Below, piece by piece: positions 1-13,544 of a stretch of DNA of 64,000 bases (positions within the stretch are counted from its first letter, which is position 1; every line of letters begins with the position of its first letter). The translations under genes and the position numbers were made by a program. The stretch comes from Eledone cirrhosa. Taxonomy: Eukaryota. The notes beneath the pieces are model-generated. The model searched no databases. It worked only from the letters and a program-made list of their open reading frames with translations, and had not been told where the DNA came from. Location: assembly GCA_964016885.1 (NCBI GenBank), contig OZ024740.1, forward strand, positions 333,188,001-333,252,000, given 5' to 3'.

Positions 1-2532
1 AAGGTGGTGTGTGTGTGTGTAGGTGTACGTGTGTATGTGTGTGTGTGTATGTGGAAGCAAGGGTTGGGGGAAGAACGGGGTTGCATGTTCAGGAAGAGGT
101 GTGTGTGGGGTGGGGTGTAGGTCGGAGTGTGTGTGCGTGTGTTGATAGAGGGGTGGGGGAGAGGAATCCGGAGGCTGAAGGTGTAAATATGTGGTGGAAA
201 GCACGTGTGTGTGGGGTTTAAGCGTGTTGTGGGTGTAGGTGGCGTGTGGGAGAAAAAAGATTTTTCTGGGTGTGTGTGTGGGTGAGTTATATAGGTGATT
301 CCGTAAGAGGGTGTGGTTGAAATGTTGGTAAACTCCTATGATGGTAGTAGATTCCACGGTGGTCAAGTTCCACATACGAGTATTCCATGAAGAGATGGTC
401 GGAAGAGGAGACATGTGGGGTACGCGCGCAACAGGAAGTGGTCAAGGCGGTGGGAGTGCTGTGTGTCTGTTTGTGCTGGGAGGTGGTCAGAGGGCATAGC
501 AGCAGTCGGGTGGAATGGTAAAGGGGCGAGGATGGGTAGGTGTGGAAGTTGGAGTGAGGGGGTGTGTGTGTGTATTAGTAGAGGTGTTAGTGGGATGAGT
601 GAGTGTGGAGAAAGGGTGTGGGTGGAGCGGGAAGAGAAGGGTGTGGGGGTCGATGGAGGGAGTGTGGTGTACTGGTGTGTGTGTAGTTTGATGAAGGGTG
701 TGTTAGTGGGTGTTAGTATACGGGAGTTGGGGAAAGGGTTGAATGCAGGTGTGAGTGGGGTTTAGTGGTGGTAGGGTGTGTAGAGTCGGTGGTGTACGAG
801 CGTGTGTGGGTACCTGTGCGTGGGGTTGGGGGTGTTAGTAATGTTAGTTGCGTGTAGGGTGGTTGGTGTAAGTGGGTGCGTGTGTTCGTGTGCTTGGGGT
901 CACGGGGTGTTAGTGATGTTAGTTGCGTGGTTTTGGGATGGAGGTGTGGGGGTGAGGGTTAATGGTGGTAGTAGGGTGTGTGTTTAGTGTGAGCGTGTGT
1001 ATATATGTGCCGGTGGGTGTGTGCGTGTGATAAGGAGGGGGAGAAGAAGGGAGGGATGTTAGTATGTTAGTTGGGGAAGGGTGGTCGGATGAGGGGTTGA
1101 GTGGAGCTGCTAGTATTGTTAGTTGTGGGGTGGGCGGTGAAAAGGAGGGGTGTGTTAGTGGTGTTAGTGGGGGATATGTGTGGGGGGAGGGGCGGTCAAA
1201 GGCTAAAGAAATAAGGGTGGAGAGTTCAGGCCGGGGGGAGGGTGGGTCTGTAGGATGAAGATGGTTCTTTGTTCGACTCTGAGGAGATTGGCGGGTGTTC
1301 CGTGGCATTGGAGTAGGCCACAGACTGTGAGATGACGTGCGGAATGTCCAGGGGCACCAAAGTGGCGGGCGATGGGGGAACTACCACCGAGACGAATATC
1401 CCGGAGGTGCTCAGTGAATCGGTCCGCCAGGCGACGTCCCGTCTGTCCGTAGACTAGGTTGGAGGAGGCGCAGCGGAAGGCATGCCGGAGAGAGAGAGAG
1501 TGGCCGTTGGGACCCTGGAAGGTGGTGGTGTTGGTGATGCGGGGACAGGTGTTGCAGCGGGGCCTAGAACAGGGAAAGGAACCGGGGGGGAGCGTGGGCT
1601 GGGGGGGGGGGGGGGTAGGGAGCTGTGGACGAAGATGGTGCGGAGATTGCGTGCGCGTTTGAAGGAGGGGAGTGGTGGGGTTGGGAAGATGTGGGAGGTG
1701 GAGGAGACGGTGGGTGGGTGTACGGTGACGTCGGGTGAGGGTGGTGGAGCGGTGGACAGCACGGGTGCGGGTGAGAGCGGTGTGGACGAGAGAGGGGGGG
1801 TAACCTCTGCGGATGAAATGGCTGACTAGGGAAAGGGCCTGGGACTCGAAGTCAGCATCTCGGCTACAGAGGCAGCGGATCCTGAGGAGTTGGAAGTAGG
1901 GAATAGAGTGTTTAGTGTGTGTGGATGGGAAGAGGTGAAGTCGAGGTAAGAGTGGGAGTCGGTGAGTTTGAAGAAGGCGGAGGTGACGAGGGAGTGCTGG
2001 GAGGGGTCGAAGGCGACGGAGATGTCTAAGAAGTGGACGTGGGTGGTGGAGATAGAGGTGGTGAAGTGGAGGGAGGGGTGGAAGGAGCAAAGATTTGGGC
2101 CTCAACATGGCCAACAAAAAGGTTGGCATAGTTCGGGCCCATTCTTGTACCCATGGCTACCCCCGTGACCTGTTGGTAAAACTCACCCGAGAAGGAGAAA
2201 CAATTGAGGGTGAGGACCAGCTCGGCGAGGCGAAGGAGGGTGGGAGTGGAGGGAATGAGGGAGGGGCGAAGGTTGAGATAGTGTTTGAGGGCGCGTAGGC
2301 CGTCGGCGTGGGGGATGACGGTATAGAGGGACTTGATGTCTAGGGTGAAGAGGAAGGGCTGTGGGCCGGGTGGGTAGGTGAAGGAGTCGAAAAGGCGCAG
2401 GGCGTGGTTGGTGTCGGAGATGTGGGAGGGGAGGGTGGTGACAAGCGGGGCGAGGATGGAGTCGAGAAAGGCGGAGATGAGTTTGGTGGGGCAGTTGCAA
2501 GCGGAGACGATGGGGCGGCCGGGGTTGTCGGG
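1..2532 (-). mobile_element. Penelope-like retroelement (Neptune-like), 5'-truncated and frameshifted, with GT-rich 3' region running off the window start
   Basis: Minus-strand frames give KPDNPGRPIVS..., LFTLDIKSLYT, GVAMGTRMGPNYANLFVG (PLE RT), SIPYFQLLRIRCLCS (thumb), a CSRPRCNTC linker and YGQTGRRLADRFTEH (GIY-YIG). Confidence 0.9.
1203..2532 (-). pseudogene. PLE reverse transcriptase + GIY-YIG endonuclease, disrupted
   Basis: ORFs 2026..2613 and 1203..2129 in different frames; the N-terminus is cut by a (TA)n tract at ~2536. Confidence 0.85.
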
Positions 2533-3235
2533 TTTGATATATATATATATATATACGTATATACATATATAAATATATATATATAAATATATATGTTGAC
2601 ATACCATACGCATTTTTCCGTGTCCACTTTTCCAACCAAAACATGAATTTATTGTTCACCTTTTTACAATCTCTGATATGAAATGTGTATTAAATACAAT
2701 TCTTTATTTGTTATGATTTACTAATTCACATAGTCAGTTAAATCTATAAAATGAAACACTCAGCGTTTCCTATGACATGCTGACGAAATAAAACATGCAT
2801 AAATGTCTGTTAATTTGCTATACGCTATAACATGAAATTAGGACAATATTATTAATTTACACCCACAATATCTTGAAATAAATCGAACACAAAACGGTGG
2901 ATTATTTTTCCAATATATATTATTTTAATGGATCTAAAATAACACAGCTTTTAAGAACGGGATTGAACATTCACAGAACCTCCTGCAATGTTAACAAGAT
3001 TGACAGTTTTAACAATAACATTTCACTAACGACGTAATCGAAGCATTGAGAATTTAAGAGATCTGTTTCCCATTGAGAATTTAACAGATCTGTTTCCCAT
3101 TAGAACGAATGTACACTGATAAATATACTTTCTAATGGGTCAAGAATCACAGGTTCATACGGAAAAAATACAAAATATTGTCCTGCATGCTTAAATTTGA
3201 ATTATATCTTTCTTTAGTTTGCAGGAACAAAATGT

Positions 3236-4300
3236 ATTAGGTTGAACAGAAATTGTCCACCGTTCTTCAAGTATTTATTTTGTATGCAGATATAAAATAA
3301 TTCGAAAATTTTACAAATCAAAATAATCGTTATCATTTGAGATTATAGTCTGCCATGGTCTAGGAAGCACAGGGATTCTTCTGGTTTCCAGACAAAGAGT
3401 TTTGTCAGCCACTTGTTTAATTGGTTTTTATTGGCGAACGTGTTTGAGTGCATTGCATTGCTCACTGAGAGGAAAAAGTGATAAATCATCGGCGCGTGGT
3501 CAAGCGGAGGCGTGGGTGGGGTAGAACCTCCGAACCTAGCTTAAACTGTTTCTCATGGTTTAGCCTTCATGTATGCGGCTCGTTGTAGGATGACGCCTTC
3601 CAGTTCCAGCAAACGATCAGTGGGTCTTTGTGAGGTTGGAGGTCAGCCTTTGTCTGTCTTTCTGGCGCACTCTGTTTACCACGATCGCTTGCAATTGATA
3701 TTAATATAGAGACACCATGTTTCTTGACAATGGAATGTAAACAGCTGATTGTGCCTTGTGAATAGAACAAAGAATCGCAGCTGCTTCCCGATATTCACGA
3801 TACATGTCAGTCAGAATGTGAGACACCCACATTTTTGGCTTGGTCTACTTTTATATTGCATGCAAATGATTAATGATGGTTGTTACAGATGCCCCAATCA
3901 CTTTGGTTAGTTGACCTGATGCTGCTCATAATTCAAGTTGGACGTTTGCGCAAAGTGGTTCTTCAAGGCTATAATCTCCGAAACGGAAACTTGTGAACCA
4001 GTACCTTGCATTGCGTTCAGACAGGGTTGTGCCCCAAATGGATTGTCAACGCGATCACTAGAGACTGTTGCCTTTAGTTCAAATTTGAAGTCATGAATAT
4101 ACAGCGATGTACACAATTTGGATAGATCTCTGCTGCTTCCCTTTTGACAAACTAACAGAAAATGAGAAATGCACATAGAGAATACCAACGCATCTCCGTT
4201 GCATGCGCAACATTCAACATTGAGAGAAAATTGTAACAAATTACCTTCTTTTGAAACACGGCGGGAAATTCCTGTTTAACTCATTATTCTATGTCAATTC
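3236..4300 (-). mobile_element. Degraded mariner (Tc1/mariner) DNA transposon
   Basis: Minus strand shows decayed WVPH (WVSH), LIVCWNWK (cf. LCVWWDWKG) and LGSEVLPHP...DHAP..YHFFLS (cf. LGWEVLPHPPYSPDLAPSDYHLF). A mariner-like terminus TATTAGGTTG lies at ~3235. The far end is approximate. Confidence 0.75.
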
Positions 4301-4639
4301 CTTTGATTTTCTACACATTTCATTCTTCTTCGTAATTAGCATATCCCACTGATTACAAAACTAATTCGCAAAATTAAAATAAAAACAAATTAGTGAGATA
4401 GAAGCAGTATTCTTTTAATTTAATTAATCTCAAATGCATTTGACCTTTGAAAGTCTCGATTATTCCCACTCAACTTCCATTAGGTTTTATCATTGTTGTT
4501 CATTTTCACTCCCATGTGAAAAGTAACATTTTTCCTCTAATTAAGAAGAGCCAAAATAACCGTTTAATGACATTTTTCTTATGAAATATAATATAAAACA
4601 AATGTAGGTTCATTAATGTTCAAATGAAGTTAGGTGATC

Positions 4640-6150
4640 TGCAATATCTGTTCTAATTGAGAACTGGTCGCAGATAGCGGACAGCAATAGGACTACTTGA
4701 TAGTTACGTGCAATATAAGCAGGTATCATCCGGACCAATAAGTAGTCTGGGATTGGAGAAATAGCTGACATATTTATCTTTCCAGAAAACTTTCACAATC
4801 CTTTGATAAAGCAATGAAAATGTTAGTAAAGGCCGAATGTATTAGACCATAACTTTGTGAGTCTCAGAAAGTCTCAGATTTGTTACTGGCGCGTATAATC
4901 CAACCAGAAAGAAAACTGGCTAGACACAACAATGACAGTCAAACCGGATTGCCCGTCGCATGCATTAACAAAGGGTACATTCAGGCCTTATGTACAGGGG
5001 GCCGTTTGAAAAATATATTGCAGTCTCCCTTTCATGCTGTTCACACTGGTGATTGGCATGCGAACTGTCCTGGGAGGCGAATTATTGACGTACAATTGTT
5101 GCCTATCCCGTGATCCTAAAGAGGATTCGAAAGAAAGCAAAGCGTAAACTGTGGAAACTGGAGTTTCACAACCCTTATAATTAAGGAGCACGAACTGTTT
5201 GAGGAGGCTACATATAGATTTGGAATGATGATAGAAACTCCAATATAAATTAAGTGGCGCCAGAAATGAGTGCACAGGTGGGAGTGGGCATACATACAGG
5301 AGGGGTGAGTTGTCTCTTAAGCCTTAGTTCTCTCAGCGTGATGCATTTTAATGCACCAAATTGTATGAATACATATACTTTCTTGCTGAAAGAGAAACTC
5401 TATGATGCATAATTCGATCAATATCTCCCGATGGATGCTCCAGTCCCTTTGGGACCTGTGTCCGGACAGCAAAACCTGCTCCTCCATTTCTTTTCTCCCA
5501 GTTCGGTTTCCCTTTCTAGAAGAACCTATATCCAACACCCATTTCTGATGGATGACGTTCCCCATAGAGACAGGTTTCAGAAAGCGCAGCTATGTCAATA
5601 TTATACTTGTTTAATTATCTGCCAACAATAGCAGCTCTGCGTTCATGAATTGTGGAGGATTACCTGTCAATACGTGTTCTAATATTTAATGTAGAAATAG
5701 TCAGGACAATTCAATTTTCTATAACATTCTATTCTTCTTGTTTTTCCTGTCGGTAGGAGCAGCCGTCAGCCGCCGGTAGCTGATCAGCATGATGATGGAA
5801 CATACCATTTTCCAATCGCCTTTTTTAGATATCTCTCAAGATTTCCTTGCACAGTGTTCTCCCACAAAAGAATCCGCCCAAGCCAGTTCCCTTTCGCAAG
5901 ACTGGTAACGACGTTAGATAAGCCTTATGACGCATGACTCTAGATTAGCAACTACATACGCCAACTCGTTAGGTTTGTATTCACGTCACTACCTCCCTAC
6001 CGCCACATAAATTTGAAGAGATAACTGCAGAAGAAGTTCAAACCAGCATGTCGTTATACTACACACATGCATCTCTCTGAATATCAACAGCTAGTATCCA
6101 AAGAGAAACAGAAGGAAGATTCAGAAAAACAATTGGTACCTGCACCAGCC
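4640..6150 (-). mobile_element. RTE/BovB-type LINE 5' fragment (UTR + APE endonuclease), degraded
   Basis: Minus strand from ~5705 reads TISTLNIRTRID..HERRAAIVGR*LNKYNIDIAALSETCL and GYRFF*KGKP...GAGFAVR, a typical RTE APE N-terminus. Boundaries are approximate. Confidence 0.75.
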
Positions 6151-6499
6151 GTAGAAGTTCCCAGATAAATCATATATAGTTTAAATAGATTTAAAAAAAT
6201 AAAAACTGAAATAAAACCAGGATCATTATTACTGGGTTTAATAGTTTGAATTTAGAATTTAAAAGCCTATACACACGAACAAGCAAACAATTTCTCACAC
6301 ACCCATATATATATATTGGCAAGGAACAAAACCAAACCAAGGAGTGCAGTACGAACAGTGTTGGTATTAGGTTCACGCTTGAGAGTGGGGGATATAATTA
6401 CACTCACAAAATATATAGATATATCACACTATTGGAGGGTGGTTGACTTTCATGGAGCCCCCCCCCCCCCCCGCAAGGTTTATAGTCAACCATTCACAA

Positions 6500-6855
6500 A
6501 GCAAGCTTGGTGCGGTTGTCGGGATGGTCACAAATGACTAGACCATATGACAGATTGTACTGAGTTACATGTTACCAATTAGCAGTGGCCTGACATGTAG
6601 TGTCCTTGAACAAGCCACTTTATTTCACATTGCCGCTGTTGAATCAAGTGTATAAATGACATGCGTCATGACTAGTTCCAAGCTGTATCAAGCATTGCGT
6701 TTCCATTCGGCAACATTTGTGGCGTGGAAAGGGGTGATTAGTATGCCTGGGCAACTTCTGGTCTTACACAAACAACCTTGCCTGGCCTTGTGCCTCGAAG
6801 GGGAATGTCTAAGTACAAATGTCACCGTCATTCGTGACCGATGTGGGTCTTTACG
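6500..6855 (+). mobile_element. Degraded SINE (CORE-like central domain)
   Basis: Contains GTGTCCTTGAACAAGCCACTTTATTTCACATTGC, which resembles the SINE core also seen at ~49121. Confidence 0.5.
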
Positions 6856-7144
6856 CATATATATATATATTTTAAGTATTTCCGTGTTCTATGTATAGTA
6901 CAGAAGTATTTAATTATATAATACACAACACAATATAATTATTCCATTACCCAAGTTTTCACGAAGTTAGACGATTCTAATAGAAACCTCTGGTATCGCT
7001 CATCAGAAGAAATCTATATTTGGATATAAGATATGAAATTAAAATATATTATAAATGGAAGTGAGGGTGAAATAAACTAACGGAAAAAATTCATGTACAC
7101 TCTGACTCACATATACATAGATGCGCACACACGTAAAATTAGGG

Positions 7145-9149
<2,005 letters not shown>

Positions 9150-9445
9150 CCACAAACAAATGCGCAAAGACAGAAACACATATCGTTTGTTTGAACTATT
9201 AGCTTGACTTACTTTTCAGATATTAAACAGAAATATCAAAACACAACCCATGGTTATAAATTGTCTTAATATTTTGATACAATTTGGCTACTTAATACAT
9301 TTTGGATATATTCAAAAAGACATAATCAAAACGAAACTACTTCACATACTCACACACGCACACAATGGCTTACACTAATATGTATATATTTATATATATT
9401 TATACATATAATATATATATAATATATAAATATAATATATATATG

Positions 9446-9476
<31 letters not shown>

Positions 9477-9668
9477 GATGCGAGAAAAACCACAAACCCT
9501 CCATCGCAATTCTACTTTTGAAAAGCACAAGTACTGCGAAACCGGTAAAGGAACCAAATAAATATCCTTTAAAAGACTACAGTTGCATTTTTAATTTTAT
9601 CTTTTTTCCCTATACTTTCCCTCGTTTAGGACGTCTCGTTTTTTTGTTCATTTTGTAAAAAAAAACTC

Positions 9669-9710
<42 letters not shown>

Positions 9711-9712
<2 letters not shown>

Positions 9713-10077
9713 GATATTAAATAAATGGAAACTATATTTATAAAACCATATTTATTTCATTATATATATTTCAGGGATATCATATTAACAATATGCTATG
9801 CCTTCCTCAGACAAAATACAATATAAACAGTTTTATAGATAAATAGATTTGACATACCGTACAACATCGACTTGTATTTGAAAAGTTGAATTGGCAGTTC
9901 AACTTTTCAAATACAAGTCGATGTTGTACGGTATGTCAAATCTACTTATCTATAAAACTGTTTATATTGTATTTTGTCTGAGGAAGGCATAGCATATTGT
10001 TAATATGATATCCCTGAAATATATATAATGAAATAAATATGGTTTTATAAATATAGTTTCCATTTATTTAATATCGT
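9711..10077. repeat. Near-perfect fold-back palindrome, ~180 bp arms, loop TTGGCAG
   Basis: 9711-9890 is the reverse complement of 9898-10077. Confidence 0.95.
9970..10036 (+). ncRNA. Type I hammerhead ribozyme motif (mirror copy on minus strand at ~9752-9818)
   Basis: tattttgt-CTGAGGA-agg.ata.catatt/aatatg.tat.cct-GAAAT-atat-ATA-atgaaata. Helices I and II pair. Confidence 0.65.
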
Positions 10078-10163
10078 AAATATACTCCAAATACTTGTCG
10101 AGTGCTTTTATATCAGTTATAAATATTTACTAGTTGTAACCCAACAATTTAAATATAACTTTC

Positions 10164-10237
<74 letters not shown>

Positions 10238-10252
10238 CGTTTGTGTGCGTGC

Positions 10253-10346
<94 letters not shown>

Positions 10347-10874
10347 GTAGTTATGTATGAGTATGGAAGTATGGTAAAAGTACGTGTGTTTGTGGGTAGG
10401 TAATGCACAGTAAATACAGAGCTTCTCGAATGTACTTACTAGACGCGTAGCTAGAAACATTATGAATTTTGTTATATATATATTTTGTATTCAAATATCT
10501 ATGCAATAAATGTTTTGCGCCATACACTACAGATGAAGATGTGCTTCATCTCTTTAAATTCTGATGCAAATTAATCGGAATTCGAGGCTAAATTGGATAT
10601 ATCTTATCGCATATAATTGGCTATTGTAGGCCTATTGTGTCAAATAACTTCATAAAACTCCAATAACTTCATAAAACTCAAATAACTTCATCAAACCTGT
10701 ATCGGTGTGACCAGAGAAAAATAAGGTCTAGTGATGCATGCAACTAATCTTTCCAGTAACAGTGAAGATAATTACTGACACAGCAGCGTACGTACCCATT
10801 TTCATACACACACACTCACAGATCGCATATAGGAACAAATACTTTTATACATAAGTGCATAGGCACGCGCTCAC

Positions 10875-10915
<41 letters not shown>

Positions 10916-12104
10916 ATTGGACACCCTGCAGGACAAAAAACAAAACCTGACAAGGGGCAGAAGAACTCACAAAAGTCAACGGCCATCCAAAAGTGTGTAA
11001 ATATGTATATACACATGTACCGCACGGTTAAACCAGTGGGTGTGAAGGACCCCTAATCTTTGTTCAGGCATTCTACTAGGAGAAGGCAACTCAGGAAACT
11101 GGGATAACTCCGATATAAAACATGCGGCTCAGTAGTTACCGATGATGTTGATCTTTTCTTTTTTTCGGGTTATAGCTACTGTCGCTCAGAGAGTGGCATT
11201 GGTTCAGTGCACGTCTTTCCTCACTTTAAAACACATCTTCACGCACAATCATTGCAGGATAGAATTAATTAATAATTATTAATAATGGTATATCATGCAA
11301 TATCCATACTCCATAACGAAGGGGCAGCCCTCATATATATATATATATAATATCAGGTTATCAATAATGTAGTGATAATATATCGTTACGTTAGAGATGA
11401 ACAGCGTACGTGTAGGTTTGCTCAAAAAGTATAAATTATATTCCGGAGAAAATGTAGAAAAGATGAATATAAAATGAAAGTGCTTTTTTAAAAAAAAGGA
11501 ATTTATTAGGTATTGACATATGTTTCTGTAACAGACGGAATACCTATGTATCACTGCTTGCGTAATCATATAATGTTAGCAAGTATTCGATAGCAAATGT
11601 ATAATCAACTAATATTTATATTAGTTGTAATAGAGGAAGAAAAGAGGGGATAGTATATGACAGATGGTAATTCAATTTACTGCTAAACAAGTATATAAAG
11701 GGTTTTTAATGAGAATACAATGAGTAAATGGTTTATTTTATCTAAATAAGAATTTTTGGGAGTGCCTATTTTAATCTATACTTGACCAATTGAACAATGG
11801 ACAGGGCTGATCCTTTGGTGTAGTAGTATTAATTATAAAGTGTCAATTAAGGAAGGGGGAGATTTCGACTGCTACTGAATAACATCAATGCTAGTAGCCA
11901 GCTAGTATATGCATTAGGGAATTGAATTAAGAAATCTCATTTTATCTATAGCAGTTTATATTAAATGGTAAATAATAGAAGAGTTGATAGAATTAAGACT
12001 AATAGAGAGTGTTAATATGTATTTTGACAATCAAACGGAGATGAAAACAGGCGTTCAATCCTGGTAGTATTTGTTATATATATATATATATATATACACA
12101 TATC

Positions 12105-12218
<114 letters not shown>

Positions 12219-12270
12219 TATATACATATATATACATATATATATATTTATATATATATATATATATATA

Positions 12271-12971
12271 ATAGAATAATCGAGTATCGGAAAATCAGCT
12301 CACGAATTAACGATAAACAATATCCGATATGAGTGGCAGAGGGCTCAATAATTTGGATAAATCAGAGCTATAACTATCGTTAAATTACCAACACATAGAG
12401 ATTATGCCTAAAATCACCCGTGCAGCCGAAAAAGAACGACCAGGAAGATTCGGGTCACTCAAATAAAATATCAATAAATCAATAATTTAAATGAATGTAA
12501 AAAACTTACCCGGACCCGCTAGAAGGGTGTTAAATCTAGCTTCCTGGGTTTCTGCAATTCCTTAATCCGTTCACTATCAGCCCACATAAAAATATATAAG
12601 ACCTCTAGAGAAGGACTGGACCGGAAGAGCTTTATCAACGGGTTCCGTCCGATACTAAAGAAGTGACCTTTAGCCAGACACGCACATGGTGCCCAGCAAG
12701 GGAGATAACCTCTATATTAGCGAAAAAATTTTCGGTAATGTGGAAATCAAGTAGGGATACAAAATATCACATATCGAATCAGAGTGCTCAATAGACATGT
12801 TAAAATAAACAGGAGCTATTCATCAGTCAATAGAATCGACAAAAAATGATCAATAAAATTAACTGGTCAATAACTAGGTCTAGAGCTAAATATAATAGAA
12901 TAATCGAGTATCGGAAAATCAGCTCACGAATTAACGATAAACAATATCCGATATGAGTGGCAGGGGGCTCA
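12271..12971. repeat. 624-bp unit with a 77-bp terminal direct repeat, inserted in (TA)n (pLTR/retrozyme-like)
   Basis: 12271-12347 is repeated at 12895-12971 with one mismatch. Confidence 0.85.
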
Positions 12972-12983
12972 TACATAGATATG

Positions 12984-13073
<90 letters not shown>

Positions 13074-13130
13074 TATATACATATATATACATATATATAT
13101 ATTTATATATATACATACATATATACATAG

Positions 13131-13203
<73 letters not shown>

Positions 13204-13263
13204 AAGTAATTCCGTCGGAAAAGTCCAGGAAAAAAGAGTGCTCTATGTAGGTATCAGAGCTTA

Positions 13264-13530
13264 ATAGTTATGTAATAAACAACATAAGGCAATTATTCCA
13301 TTTACCAGTGGTTTCTTAGAAGCAACAGGTTTTGCTTTCAATCCTCAGAATGAAAAAATCCTGGTCTGTTTATTGAATTTGGATTTTTTTTCAAAAAATC
13401 CAAATTCAATAAACAGACCAGGATTTTTTCATTTTGTGGATTGAAAGCAAAATCTTTTGCAAAATCTTTTGCTTTTAAGAAACCACTGGTAAATGGAATA
13501 ATTGCCTTATGTTGTTTATTACATAACTAT
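13264..13530. repeat. Fold-back palindrome, ~125 bp arms
   Basis: 13264-13388 is the reverse complement of 13393-13530; the right arm carries a short internal duplication. Confidence 0.95.
13296..13354 (-). ncRNA. Type I hammerhead ribozyme
   Basis: Minus strand: ttcatt-CTGAGGA-ttgaaagcaa..ttgcttctaa-GAAAC-cactg-GTA-aatggaa. The right-arm copy has a mutated core (TTGTGGA). Confidence 0.8.
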
Positions 13531-13544
13531 ATATATAGAGAGAG

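Noticed and set aside
9-1308. Gly/Val/Cys-rich and Pro/Thr/His-rich ORFs
   Set aside because: Low-complexity GT-rich tail of the PLE read in either orientation.
9500-9560. GCGAAACCGGTA half-hammerhead
   Set aside because: The 5' core is absent.
10641-10695. Short tandem repeats (20-bp x3 here; also 3044-3100, 41358-41408, 53795-53826) as CRISPR-like arrays
   Set aside because: No spacers, eukaryotic context and no cas genes.
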